Notes: generated by a model not told the origin, from the letters alone. 20,000 bases of DNA from Deltaproteobacteria bacterium (GCA_016218805.1 JACRCW010000026.1:49128-69127); one strand, 5' to 3'; numbered from the stretch's first letter, positions 1-9,169 are shown. A program made the numbers and translations.

Positions 1-653
1 AGCAGGCGCTGGGTGAGCGCATCCACCACCACGGGAAGGTCCTCCACGATCTCCACCACCAGCCGGTAGCGCATGCGGTCATGCACCTGCGCGGAGTGCG
101 TGTCCTTCTTGGCCAGCAGCTTGGTGATGAGGCTGGTGCGGCTCTTCACGCCGCCGGAGAAGTCCACAATGCGGTAACCCAGCGCGCGCATCTGGGTCAC
201 GCACGCGGTGACCTTGGCGTCCAGCAGCTGGCCCACCTCGGCGGCGGACAGCGGCAGGTGCTGGCCCAGTTCGCGCGCTTCCAGGTGGTGGATGACGTGC
301 ATGGCCTTGAGCAGCATGCAGGCAAATGACCGCGTGTTGCGCCGCCCCTTGGTGCCGGACGCGTACAGGAACAGGTCGCGCGGGTCCCCGGTGACCAGCT
401 CCGGCGGCAGGCGGTAGCGGTGCTCAATGCGCAGGTAGTCGGCCGCGCGGTCACGCAGGGTGCGGATGCGCGCCATGTCACGCGGGTCAGAGACGTCAAA
501 CTCCTGCACGCGCAGGAACGGGTCCACCTCGCCCAGGGTGGACATGTCCAGGCGCGGCCAGTCCACAATGGAGCCGCCGGTGAGCACATGGCGCACGCGC
601 TCCACGTTGACCGCGGGCCGCGGCGGTGAACTGGGACGACCGGCCTCTTCCAC
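1..653 (-). CDS. TIGR04552-like myxobacterial protein with RelA/SpoT-type nucleotidyltransferase motifs (runs off the window edge)
   Basis: Absent from the ORF track because it is truncated. Manual translation from GTG at 653: MEEAGRPSSPPRPAVNVERVRHVLTGGSIVDWPRL...FACMLLKAMHVIHHLEAREL...GGVKSRTSLITKLLAKKDTHSAQVHDRMRYRLVVE. The GGSIVDW, LKxMHVIHH, KxxxSLxTKLLAK and DxxRYRL motifs match my recollection of the TIGR04552/TIGR04562 family. It starts 15 nt after the stop of the upstream gene. Confidence 0.75.
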   Translation of the reverse strand, partial: MEEAGRPSSPPRPAVNVERVRHVLTGGSIVDWPRLDMSTLGEVDPFLRVQEFDVSDPRDMARIRTLRDRAADYLRIEHRYRLPPELVTGDPRDLFLYASGTKGRRNTRSFACMLLKAMHVIHHLEARELGQHLPLSAAEVGQLLDAKVTACVTQMRALGYRIVDFSGGVKSRTSLITKLLAKKDTHSAQVHDRMRYRLVVEIVEDLPVVVDALTQRL

Positions 654-668
654 CGCGTCACCCCGCCG

Positions 669-3113
669 TCAGAACGTCTCAAGCTTGAAGGGGAACTTGA
701 TGGGCTTGAGCTCGTCACCCGTGTACGCGTCAAACTTCCAGCCCTGGATGGCGCGCGTCAGGCACTTGCCCACAAACACCTCCGCAAACTCCTCGCTCTC
801 CACGCTCACGCTGCCCGTGCGCCCGTCCCGCTTGATGATCCAGCTCATCTTCAGCACGCCTTCCGCCTTGGACGCGTCGCGCTTGCGCTGGTCCGCCACG
901 CACTTGGTGATGTCGCCCTTGTTGTTCTTCACCACCGTGAGGATGTCTGACTTGGACAGCGTCTCCTTGCCGCCACCGCCGCCGCCGCCGCCCGACGCCT
1001 TCTTGGACTTCTCGTCGCAGCCCTCGGGGTAGAGAATCGGGTCGCAGTCGTCGCGCTTGGGTTTGGGCTTCTCAGCCTTCCGGGGCTCCTCGCGCGGCGG
1101 CGGCTCCTCGTCAATCTTGGCAAACCCGCCCTTCTTCTCGGGCTTCTCTTCGCGCGCGGGCTTCTCCTCGCGGGCGGGCCGGGTCTCGCGCTCCTTGCGC
1201 AGCGGCGGGGACGCGCGCTTCTCCTCGCGCGGCGGTTTTTCCTCGCGCGGGGGTTCGGCGCGGTGAGCGGGCGGGGCGGGGGCGGGTTGCGCGGCGGGTT
1301 GCGCGGGCTGCGCTGCAGGGGCCGGCTGCGCGGGCGCAGGTTGCGCGGCGGTGGGCTGCGCGGCGGGCGCGGGCTGTGCGGGTGAGGGCTGGGCGGCTGG
1401 CGCGGGCTGGGCCGGCGCGTTGGCGGCCACCTGCGTGCCACCGCGCTGCTGGTTGAAGATGGGGCCAAACACCGGCACCCAGCGCGCCCCCGCGGCGGCC
1501 ACCACCACCCCCGCCAGCAGCACAAAGGACAGCCCACCCACGCCCATGGCCACCTTGACCACGGGGCTCATGCCCGCGCGCTGGGCGCTGAACGGCAGGG
1601 ACGTGGTGGAAGAGCCCAGCGACGCGCTCAGCGGCAGCGGCGCCACCGTGCGTTCGCGGCGGGGACGCTCGGGTTCCGGCGGCGCCTCCACGGGCGGCGG
1701 CAGCGACAGCGACGGCAGCCCCACGCCGCTCTTGCCCAGCAGGTTGGGCAGGGGCGCTTCAATGGAGTCGTCCTCGGCGGGTGGCGGCCGGTAGGCACCC
1801 TCCTCGTCCTTGCCCTTGCCGGCGGCCTTGGGCGGGGTGGACTTCTTCCCCTTGAGGCTGGCCAGCTCGTCGTCCACCAGGGAAGCCAGCGCGCTGGCGG
1901 CACCCGGCGTCCACGACGGCGCCTCCTCCTCCTTGGGCGGGGGCGGCGCGGGCTCGGGCTGGGCGGCCTTGGCCACGGACGCCTCGGCGGCGCTGGCCGC
2001 GCGGTAGACGCTGGTCATGCCGCGGGGCCGCCAGGCCTCGTCCGTGGAGTCATCCGCGGCGGGCATCAGCCCCACGCCGGACAGCCCCATGGAGGGCAGC
2101 TGTGAAGTGGACGCGCGTACCGCGGCGGCCGGCTCCTCCGCGGCCATGGGCGGCGTGGACTTCTTCTGCGGGGCCAGCTCCAGCAGGTACTTGAGTTCCT
2201 TGACTTCCTTGAGCGGGATCCAATCCGCCATCCCCGTGCGCCAGACCAGGCTTTCGCGGTCCAGGTCTCCCTTGAGCCAGTGCGCTTCCACCTCCGCCAG
2301 CGGCTTGGGCCCCTGCTGCTCATCCCGAATGGCGACGTACCACTCCACCGCGGGCTTGGATTCCGCCACGGGTGCGCTGCGCGCGGCGGACGCGCCGTTG
2401 ACGCGCTCTTGCGGTCCGCTGGTGGGCTCCTCCTCGCGCGCCTTGTCCTTGCGCAGCTGCGCCATGGCGGCCTGCTGCCGGGCCAGCTCCACCTGCTCGG
2501 TGGAGTAGACCTTGGTGGGCGCGCGGTCCGTGCCCTCGCCGTTGGCGCCAAACAACCCGTCAAACGCGCCGGCTATCTCGCTCTCCAGTTCGCCACCGCC
2601 CTGGCCCGCGCCGTTGCTTCCGGTCACCGCCGGGGCCGCCGCCGCCGCCGCCGCGCGGTGCTTCTCCACCGCGGCCTTGATTTGCTCCTGGTTGGCCACC
2701 AGCGTCGGGGCGTCTGCCTCGGGTGCGGCGTTCATGTTGGCCGTGGGCTTTTCCTCGGCAAAAGCGGGGCTGGGCACTGCGTTCTCCAGGCGGGCCCCGG
2801 ATGGAGCGCTCGGCTGGCGCGTGGGCAAGTTGATCTGAGTCTCCTGGTCCTCACCCGTGCCGTCCTCGGTGGCTTCCACCGCCGGGAGACTGCTCACGGA
2901 CAAGGACCGCCTGGCGCCCTCCCCCTCTCCCGCCGCCATCTTGGCCTGGCTGGTGGACCGGGACCTGCCGTCCTCCTCGCCATTGGCGGCCCTGTCCGGC
3001 CGGACAATGATGACGTGACCGCATTTCTTGCACTTCACCTTGACGCCGCGCGTGCCAACCTTCTCATCCGCGATGAGGTAGTGGGCCTGACAGTTGTCGC
3101 ACACGAACTTCAT
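669..3113 (-). CDS. gltJ: Adventurous gliding motility protein GltJ/AgmX-like (zinc ribbon, GYF_2 domain, single TM, Pro/charged linker, TonB_C-like AgmX/PglI C-terminus), about 814 aa
   Basis: N-terminus MKFVCDNCQAHYLIADEKVGTRGVKVKCKKCGH (zinc ribbon). GYF_2 signature EWYVAIRDEQQGP...LVWRTGMADWIPL. Hydrophobic TM GVGGLSFVLLAGVVVAAAG. C-terminal LSKSDILTVVKNN...CL..AIQGWKF...FPF. ATG at 3113 preferred over the track's 3233 because the recognisable domain begins there. Confidence 0.8.
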   Translation of the reverse strand: MKFVCDNCQAHYLIADEKVGTRGVKVKCKKCGHVIIVRPDRAANGEEDGRSRSTSQAKMAAGEGEGARRSLSVSSLPAVEATEDGTGEDQETQINLPTRQPSAPSGARLENAVPSPAFAEEKPTANMNAAPEADAPTLVANQEQIKAAVEKHRAAAAAAAPAVTGSNGAGQGGGELESEIAGAFDGLFGANGEGTDRAPTKVYSTEQVELARQQAAMAQLRKDKAREEEPTSGPQERVNGASAARSAPVAESKPAVEWYVAIRDEQQGPKPLAEVEAHWLKGDLDRESLVWRTGMADWIPLKEVKELKYLLELAPQKKSTPPMAAEEPAAAVRASTSQLPSMGLSGVGLMPAADDSTDEAWRPRGMTSVYRAASAAEASVAKAAQPEPAPPPPKEEEAPSWTPGAASALASLVDDELASLKGKKSTPPKAAGKGKDEEGAYRPPPAEDDSIEAPLPNLLGKSGVGLPSLSLPPPVEAPPEPERPRRERTVAPLPLSASLGSSTTSLPFSAQRAGMSPVVKVAMGVGGLSFVLLAGVVVAAAGARWVPVFGPIFNQQRGGTQVAANAPAQPAPAAQPSPAQPAPAAQPTAAQPAPAQPAPAAQPAQPAAQPAPAPPAHRAEPPREEKPPREEKRASPPLRKERETRPAREEKPAREEKPEKKGGFAKIDEEPPPREEPRKAEKPKPKRDDCDPILYPEGCDEKSKKASGGGGGGGGKETLSKSDILTVVKNNKGDITKCVADQRKRDASKAEGVLKMSWIIKRDGRTGSVSVESEEFAEVFVGKCLTRAIQGWKFDAYTGDELKPIKFPFKLETF

Positions 3114-3203
3114 GGTCGGCCCACGTCCAGGTGACAGCCCATCGCTTCCTCCGTCCAACGGTCCGTTGGAGGGGAAGATCTGCGTTTCCCATGTGGGATT
3201 GTC

Positions 3204-3233
3204 ACGGTAGCCGCCCGTGATGCGCGGGGTCAA
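3204..3233 (-). promoter_or_regulatory. Possible sigma70-type promoter for gltJ
   Basis: Minus strand TTGACC-N18-TACCGT in the intergenic region. Partial match to consensus only. Confidence 0.3.
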
Positions 3234-3279
3234 CTTCGGCAGGTGACGATCCGCACACCGCAGCTTGGGCGGCGGGCTG

Positions 3280-4569
3280 TCAGCCGGAGGAGGACGTGCC
3301 GGCCGCGGAGGACGCGGAACTGGCAGGCGCTGCGGAGGAGGCCGGAGCGGCGCTGCTGGCGGTGCCGGTGCTGGAGGCCGCGGCGGAGGAGGACGCGGGC
3401 GCTGCGCTGCTGGCGGTCCCGGCGCTGCTGGAGACGGCCGCGGCAGACGAACTGCCCGCGGCGGCGCTGCTGGAGACGTGCGGCGCCGACGAGCTGCCGG
3501 TGGTGGGGTTGTCCTCCGTGGGCGCCAGGCCCTGCGGGCTGAAGATGGTGACGCTGTCCGGGAACGCCCAGATCTTCATCTTGCCCGCGGAGACCACGGT
3601 GCCGTCGGCCAGCTTCACCTTGCCTTCCAACTCGTGCTCAAAGCCCACCTGCGTGACGTTGCCCACCGTGTCGGCCTCGTAGGCCTTGGCGTTCACCACC
3701 GCAAACAGGCCGTCCAGGTTGCTGAATGAGCGCGTGGCGTCAGGCTTGGGGTCTTCCGTGTTGCCGTTGAAGTAGGTGAGCTTGGCGCGGCGGTCCACGC
3801 AGCTGCCGCCCACCGTGGCGCCCGCCACAGAGCGCTGGTTGCAGTCCCGCACCTCCCCGGCAATGGCCGCGCGGCCCTTGCCGTTGGCGATGTTGCTGCT
3901 GTCCTCAATGGTGACGCCCACGAACGACGGGATGGCCGTGTACGTGCCCACGTAGATCATGTTGGCTTCAAACTCATACCTGCCGTCCGGCAGCTTGTGC
4001 CGGTCATCCCGGATGACGACGTTGTACTGGTAGGTGTCCACCGCCAGCTTGTTGGCGCCGGTCTGCGTGTCATAGCTCTTGAAGATGAGCGGCTTGTTGG
4101 TGGGGAGGCCGGTGATGGAGTAACTGCCGCCGTCTTCGCACTGGGTGGTGGGGACGTTGGACTGGATGTCCACGGTGCCGTGGCGGGGCGTGTCACCCAC
4201 GGGCGCGGGGCCGGGGTTCTGGTCCCCGCCGTAGACGGCCAGCTTGAGGTTGGGACCCACGCTGTTGCCCACGCCAAAAATCTTGACGCAGCCATGCACG
4301 TTGACCGTCTTGCTGGGCCCCAGGGCCGCGGCGCTGGTGTAGCACCCGAAGTCCGCGGTGTGGTTCTCGACGGAGCCGGCCTGTGTGGGGGCGGCCACGT
4401 TGGGGCCTTCACTGGCGCAGGTGCCGCCGGTGCTGCTGCTGCTGCTGGCGCCGCCGGTGGAGGAACTGGAGCTGGAGGTGCCGTCCCCGTCGGTGCAGGA
4501 GGAGAGCGCCGCCGCCGCGGGCAGGGCAAGGCACAGGACCGCAAGCACGTTTCTCTGCGTCAGGTTCAT
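3280..4569 (-). CDS. Putative lipoprotein, beta-rich body, Ser/Ala-rich C-terminal tail (about 429 aa)
   Basis: ATG at 4569 preceded by GGAG. Signal peptide MNLTQRNVLAVLCLALPAAAALSS-C with a lipobox-like LSSC, then a poly-Ser/Gly tether. Contains IAGEVRDCN..VAGATV, resembling a carboxypeptidase-regulatory-like domain. Confidence 0.75.
   Translation of the reverse strand: MNLTQRNVLAVLCLALPAAAALSSCTDGDGTSSSSSSTGGASSSSSTGGTCASEGPNVAAPTQAGSVENHTADFGCYTSAAALGPSKTVNVHGCVKIFGVGNSVGPNLKLAVYGGDQNPGPAPVGDTPRHGTVDIQSNVPTTQCEDGGSYSITGLPTNKPLIFKSYDTQTGANKLAVDTYQYNVVIRDDRHKLPDGRYEFEANMIYVGTYTAIPSFVGVTIEDSSNIANGKGRAAIAGEVRDCNQRSVAGATVGGSCVDRRAKLTYFNGNTEDPKPDATRSFSNLDGLFAVVNAKAYEADTVGNVTQVGFEHELEGKVKLADGTVVSAGKMKIWAFPDSVTIFSPQGLAPTEDNPTTGSSSAPHVSSSAAAGSSSAAAVSSSAGTASSAAPASSSAAASSTGTASSAAPASSAAPASSASSAAGTSSSG
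3283..3500 (-). repeat. Degenerate coding repeats (SSSAA / GTASSAAPASS) in the lipoprotein tail
   Basis: Recurring gcgctgctgg units on the + strand. Translation SSSAAAGSSSAAAVSSSAGTASSAAPASSSAAASSTGTASSAAPASSAAPASS. Confidence 0.7.
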
Positions 4570-4728
4570 TGTCAGCTCCAGGAACGCGCGGGAACGCCCC
4601 CGCGGGCGGCGCAACCTACACGGCGCCTCCCCGCGGGCCAAGCGGGCGGGCAGGCCGAAACGCCGTGGTGGCAGCAGGCCCGGAAGGAGGGGACACGGTT
4701 TCTGTGGTCGGGGGCGGCGCCCTGAACG

Positions 4729-5727
4729 TCACTTCGGCGGGACGGCACCACGGGCGCACGCCCGGGCACGCTCCGGCGGCAGTGCACCGCGCAGGCGCTC
4801 CAGCTCCGCGCGTGCGGCACGGCTGTCCACGGCCGCCAGCGCACGGCACGCCGTCCCGGCCGCCTCCGTCTCCGGGCCCCACGCCAGCACGCCCAGCGCC
4901 GGCACCGCATCCTCCAGCCTTGCGGCGCCTGCCAGCCGCGCGGCGTGCATCCGCCCCAGGCCGGGCGGTCCCATCAGCAGCGCGGGCAGCGCCGCGCGCG
5001 CCATAGCGTCATCCGGGCCCAGCGCGCGCAGCGCGGCCGCCACCACCTCCGGGGGTTCCCACGGACGCAGCAGGTCCGCCGCAGCGTCCCGCAGCGCCCC
5101 CGGGCCGGCGCGTCCCACCGCCTGCAGCCCAGCCACCCGAAGCCCCGCGGGGACGCTGCGCGTCCGCAACCAGTCCGCCAGCCGCGCCTCCACGGGCCCT
5201 TCCAGCTGCAGCGGTTCGGCGGCCAGCGCCAGGTCCAGTGCGGCAGCCCGAGCCAGCCCGGCGGGACCCTCCACCAGCATCTCCACCCGAACCGCCTGCC
5301 GGGCGGCGGGCGGCGCGCGGCAGAAGCGCGCCAGCCGGTCCACCGCGGGGGCCAGCTCGGCCTCCGTCAGCCAGGTGACCTCGGACGGGGCCTGGTCCAC
5401 CGTCCACGCGTCCGGCGGCAGGTCCGCGGGCCGGTGCGGGCTGCGGCGCGCGGGCAGCAGCGGGAACAGCGCGCGCTGGCCGGGCTGGTAGGCCGTCCCG
5501 TGTTCGGCCAGCTGGTGGATGCGGAGCGGGCCGGGCGCGGCGCCATGGCCGCAGGGCACGTGGGTGACCTCCAGGTCCACCACCACCGCGCCCTCCGCCC
5601 CGGGGCTGACCGTGCGAACCACCGCGGCAACGGTGACGGACGCCTGCAGCGCCTGCGCGGAAACCGTGCGCAACCCGCTGAACATGTGCCCGGCCACCAG
5701 CCCGGCCAGCACTGCCGCGGTGATCAC
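4729..5727 (-). CDS. Hypothetical exported protein with HEAT-like helical repeats
   Basis: 332 aa. The GTG start overlaps the upstream TGA (GTGA). Hydrophobic N-terminus. Ala/Leu/Arg-rich helical repeats (LRVAGLQAVGR, VVAAALRALG, AARLAGAARLEDAVPAL, ACRALAAV). Confidence 0.6.
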   Translation of the reverse strand: MITAAVLAGLVAGHMFSGLRTVSAQALQASVTVAAVVRTVSPGAEGAVVVDLEVTHVPCGHGAAPGPLRIHQLAEHGTAYQPGQRALFPLLPARRSPHRPADLPPDAWTVDQAPSEVTWLTEAELAPAVDRLARFCRAPPAARQAVRVEMLVEGPAGLARAAALDLALAAEPLQLEGPVEARLADWLRTRSVPAGLRVAGLQAVGRAGPGALRDAAADLLRPWEPPEVVAAALRALGPDDAMARAALPALLMGPPGLGRMHAARLAGAARLEDAVPALGVLAWGPETEAAGTACRALAAVDSRAARAELERLRGALPPERARACARGAVPPK

Positions 5728-6209
5728 GGGTCGCCACCCAGCCGCCCGCGGTAGCGGGACCGGGCAAACGCCGCGGCCGCGCGCCCCAGCGCTTCGCGGA
5801 GCACCGGGTCCGCAATGCCCGCGGCCACCTCACGGCCAAAGCCCTCCGCGCGCGGATCCGCCGGCGCCTCCGGGGCGGGTGGGGCGGGCAGGTCCGCCGG
5901 CCGCGGGCGCAACACGGTGGACAGCGCGCGCAACGGCGCCCCCCGCAGCACCCGGCCCAGCGCGGCCAGCACCTCCGCGGACCGCCAGTGCAGCTCCTGC
6001 CGCCAGGCGGGGTGGTCCGTCGCCACCACCAGTTCGCCGTCCCGGATGACCTCCACCCAGGTGTGCGCGGCCATGACCTTGCCCACCACCCGGGGCCAGG
6101 CCGCCACCACATCCGCCTGCTGGACCATGTGCTCCAACCCCGCACGCCGCAGGGCGCTGTTCACGGCGGTCTGCGCGCGCTTGGGCGCGCTGCGGGGGCG
6201 GCGGGGCAT
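5724..6209 (-). CDS. dciA: DUF721 / DciA family protein (replicative helicase-loading factor family)
   Basis: Family-typical pattern W..VVG..MAAHT.V..IRDGELVV.TDHPAWRQELHW....VL..L, followed by a Pro-rich disordered linker and a C-terminal helix. Confidence 0.8.
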   Translation of the reverse strand: MPRRPRSAPKRAQTAVNSALRRAGLEHMVQQADVVAAWPRVVGKVMAAHTWVEVIRDGELVVATDHPAWRQELHWRSAEVLAALGRVLRGAPLRALSTVLRPRPADLPAPPAPEAPADPRAEGFGREVAAGIADPVLREALGRAAAAFARSRYRGRLGGDP

Positions 6210-6380
6210 GACCCCTCAGACGTTGCCCGAATGACGCATGGCGGCGCAACCCGGCGGCCAGGCCGGGCGCGCGTGCAGGGGGCTCCCCGTCGAGGACGGC
6301 GCCGTGCACCGCGGCGCGCGGGGCCTGGGCGGGCCGGGACAGGGGGTTGGGGGGGATCCGGGTTGGCGGCTGCCGGGCGG

Positions 6381-6410
6381 TTGCACCCCACGCCGGGCGT
6401 CAGCTACACG
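6381..6410 (+). promoter_or_regulatory. Possible sigma70-type promoter for the large lipoprotein gene
   Basis: TTGCAC-N18-TACACG in the divergent intergenic region. Weak match. Confidence 0.2.
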
Positions 6411-6536
6411 GCGCTTCCTTTTCAAGGGTTTCCATCACGCGCGGCCATGGCGGCCGACGGGGCGGGACCCGGTTGGTGGGCCTCTCCCGGACATTCCGGG
6501 CGGCACGCCAGCGTCAGTGGCCTTTGGAGGTGTGGG

Positions 6537-9020
6537 ATGCGCACGGGCAGGATGCAGGGTTTGGTGGGGTTGGTGCTGGGCGGGATTCCCCTGGCGGCGG
6601 CGCTGACGGCTGTGGCCGGGGCGGGTGCCTGCAGCGGGAGCTCCTCAAGCAGTTCTTCTTCTTCCGGCGGCGGCAGCGTCTGCGGAGACCAGCTGGAATG
6701 CCGCATTGCCCGTGACTGCCAGGGCGCCGGGTTTGCGTGCGTGGTGCCGGACGGCGGGACGGGGTGCTGCGTGAAGGTGGCGTGCACCGCCGACACCGAC
6801 TGCGCGTCTCCCAAGACCTGCGACCTGCGGCGCGGCCTGTGCGTGGTGGACACGTGCGACCCGAGCTTTGCCAACAGCTGCCCGGCCGGCGAGAAGTGCA
6901 TCAACGGCACGGATCCCGTCACGGGCGAGGTGTCCACGGACTGCGTGCCGGTGGCCAACATCCCGCAGGCCACCAAGTGCGAGCTGGACGTGTCCCGCTT
7001 CTCGCTGCGCGCCACCCAGACGCGGCAGCTGAGCCCCACTTTCTACAACAACGCGGGCGCACTGGTGCCGTTTGCCGCCGGGTCCTACGCGTCGTCCGCG
7101 GACGGCACGGCCACCGTCAGCACCACCGGCCTGGTCACCGGCGCGGGCGAAGGCACCGCCACCATCACCGTGACCCCGCTGGGCACCGGCGCCACGCCGT
7201 GCACCGCCACCGTGGAGGTGTACGGGGCACTGGCCGCCAGCGAGGCGCGCGTGGTGGTGTTTGACAACCGCACGGGAGCGCCGCTGTCCGGGGTGACGGT
7301 GCAACTGGACAAGACCGGTGACACCAGCTCCACGCAGACCACGGACGCCAAGGGCTCGGCCAAGTTCACGGGCGTGGCCACGGCGGCGGACATTGTTGCG
7401 GTGACGGCGTTCCCGGCGGACCACACCTGGGTGACCTACGCGTCTCCCGGCAAGGTGGACCTGGCCATGTACCTGGACCCGCTGCTGCCCGCGGGCAAGA
7501 TCGCCGGCGTGTCAGGCACCTTTGACACCAGCCGGGCGCAGCCGCCCACCGGGGACATCAAGCTTGGCCTGGCGGCGTTCTCCATTGCCGGCGCGCTCAG
7601 TGACCTCAACCTGGGCGGACTCATTGGCAAGACGGTGGACACCACCATCACCATTGAGGGCTTTGTGGACAACCAGGTGGTGCCGCTGCCCTCCGGCGTG
7701 TACCTGAAGCTGCAGAACGACGACGTGAAGGGCCGCGTGGACATGTACGTGGACGGGCCGTGTGGCACGGGCGCGGACGCCTGCAAGCGCGTGCTGTGGG
7801 GCCTGGGTGGCCAGGTGTCCATCAACAAGATCGGGCCCATCATCAATGAGGTGGCCGCGGCCGAAAACGTGGACGCGGGCGCCATCCTCTCCGCAGTGCT
7901 GCCGTTCTTCCGGAAGTTCTACCACTACGTGGAGGGCGGCTTCTCCCTGACGGACATCAACGCCCCGGCCAACGAGGCCGATCCGCCGGGCTTTGCGCAG
8001 AACGACGTGGTGGTGAAGCCCAACTACCTGCTGCAGGAGACGGCCATCTGGCAGTTGCCCTCCCTGCCCACGCTCCCCAGTGACAGCACCCAGCACGTCT
8101 CCGGCGCGCTGCTGCTGGCCGGCACGCTGGTGCCCGGTCAGGGCTTTGTGCCGCAGGGCGTGTCCGCCGGGCTGGACGTGTGCACGGACGGCACCAGCAG
8201 CACCTGCATGGTGAGCGAGGCCGCGGACGGCCTGGTGTCCTGCACGGACGATGACACCACCAGCCCGGACGAGTGCGAGGGCATGGTGGCCGGTGACCTT
8301 TCGCTGGACTACGCGCCCCAGCATGACGGCCTGGAGGGCTTCCGCTACGGCGCGGTGGCGGTGGCCCTGGACGTCAACAGCCTGGGCGCAGGGGGCATGT
8401 TCACCTCGGTGCTGGTGGGGTTCTTTGATTCGCTGTCCGGGACCGGCAAGAAGAGCTTCCCCATCAACAGCTTCCTTGGGTTCAACAAGGGCACGTACAC
8501 CGCCGCCACCCGCACCTTTGCGGCCACCACCGCGGTGGACGGGTCGGAGTTCTATCGCCTCAACCTGGACACGGACTCCAAGCCCTGGCTGGTGTACTTT
8601 GCGGCCACGGGCGGCACCTTCAGCGTCAAGGTGCCCGCGGTGCCCACCACCATCACCGGGGACCGCACGGAGAACCTGGACATCCAGGCGTTCAAGCTGC
8701 TGCCCGGCTCAGTGACCGGCGGGCTGCCCGCGTTGGCGGAGTTCAACAGCACCAACTTTGACAAGTTGGTCGACTACACGGGCGCGTTCTCCACGCAGGA
8801 GTGCACGCCGGCCTACCCGGCCAAGGACTGCCTTGTTGACGGAGACTGCAACTTTGGCGGGTTTGAGGATTTCACGTGTGACGGGACCAACAAGGTCTGC
8901 GTCAGCTCGGCGCAGGGCGTGACGTTCAAGTCGGGCAGTTGCCCGGCGGGCGCGGTGGAGAAGACCAGCACGGCGGGCAAGGCCGTGTGCGTCATTCCGC
9001 CGGCCTGCGAGTTGAAGTGA
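6537..9020 (+). CDS. Large Cys-rich lipoprotein with an Ig-like (Big_2) domain and a carboxypeptidase-regulatory-like domain (about 827 aa)
   Basis: GGAGG 6 nt before the ATG at 6537. Hydrophobic signal ending AGAC followed by poly-Ser. Cys-rich modules (C..D.DC.....CD...GLCV). Big_2 signature YASSADGTATVSTTGLVTGAGEGTATITVT. VFDNRTGAPLSGVTV...TTDAKGSAKF. Cys-rich C-terminus. Confidence 0.8.
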   Translation: MRTGRMQGLVGLVLGGIPLAAALTAVAGAGACSGSSSSSSSSSGGGSVCGDQLECRIARDCQGAGFACVVPDGGTGCCVKVACTADTDCASPKTCDLRRGLCVVDTCDPSFANSCPAGEKCINGTDPVTGEVSTDCVPVANIPQATKCELDVSRFSLRATQTRQLSPTFYNNAGALVPFAAGSYASSADGTATVSTTGLVTGAGEGTATITVTPLGTGATPCTATVEVYGALAASEARVVVFDNRTGAPLSGVTVQLDKTGDTSSTQTTDAKGSAKFTGVATAADIVAVTAFPADHTWVTYASPGKVDLAMYLDPLLPAGKIAGVSGTFDTSRAQPPTGDIKLGLAAFSIAGALSDLNLGGLIGKTVDTTITIEGFVDNQVVPLPSGVYLKLQNDDVKGRVDMYVDGPCGTGADACKRVLWGLGGQVSINKIGPIINEVAAAENVDAGAILSAVLPFFRKFYHYVEGGFSLTDINAPANEADPPGFAQNDVVVKPNYLLQETAIWQLPSLPTLPSDSTQHVSGALLLAGTLVPGQGFVPQGVSAGLDVCTDGTSSTCMVSEAADGLVSCTDDDTTSPDECEGMVAGDLSLDYAPQHDGLEGFRYGAVAVALDVNSLGAGGMFTSVLVGFFDSLSGTGKKSFPINSFLGFNKGTYTAATRTFAATTAVDGSEFYRLNLDTDSKPWLVYFAATGGTFSVKVPAVPTTITGDRTENLDIQAFKLLPGSVTGGLPALAEFNSTNFDKLVDYTGAFSTQECTPAYPAKDCLVDGDCNFGGFEDFTCDGTNKVCVSSAQGVTFKSGSCPAGAVEKTSTAGKAVCVIPPACELK

Positions 9021-9035
9021 GTAGAGTGTGACCGG

Positions 9036-9077
9036 CGGGCGGCGGGTCCTCGTGCGAGGGGCCCCGCCGCCCGGTTT
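9036..9077 (+). terminator. GC-rich hairpin, probable intrinsic terminator or mRNA-stabilising stem
   Basis: CGGGCGGCGGG (9036-9046) pairs with CCCGCCGCCCG (9063-9073), with an inner TCCTC/GAGGG stem. Only a short GTTT tail follows. It lies 15 nt after the stop codon. Confidence 0.55.
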
Positions 9078-9169
9078 CCCGGTTGCGACGTTTTCCATCT
9101 GGCTGCAGACGCCGGGCGAGCGCGCGGGCTTTCCTTCCCGCACCTCGGCCGGCAGAGGAATTCAGAATC

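Noticed and set aside
197..733. 178-aa minus-strand ORF in the track
   Set aside because: Wrong frame. The motif-bearing frame starts at 653 and runs off the window edge.
5988..6536. N-terminal extension of the 1010-aa ORF
   Set aside because: It overlaps dciA on the opposite strand. GGAGG plus a signal peptide support 6537.
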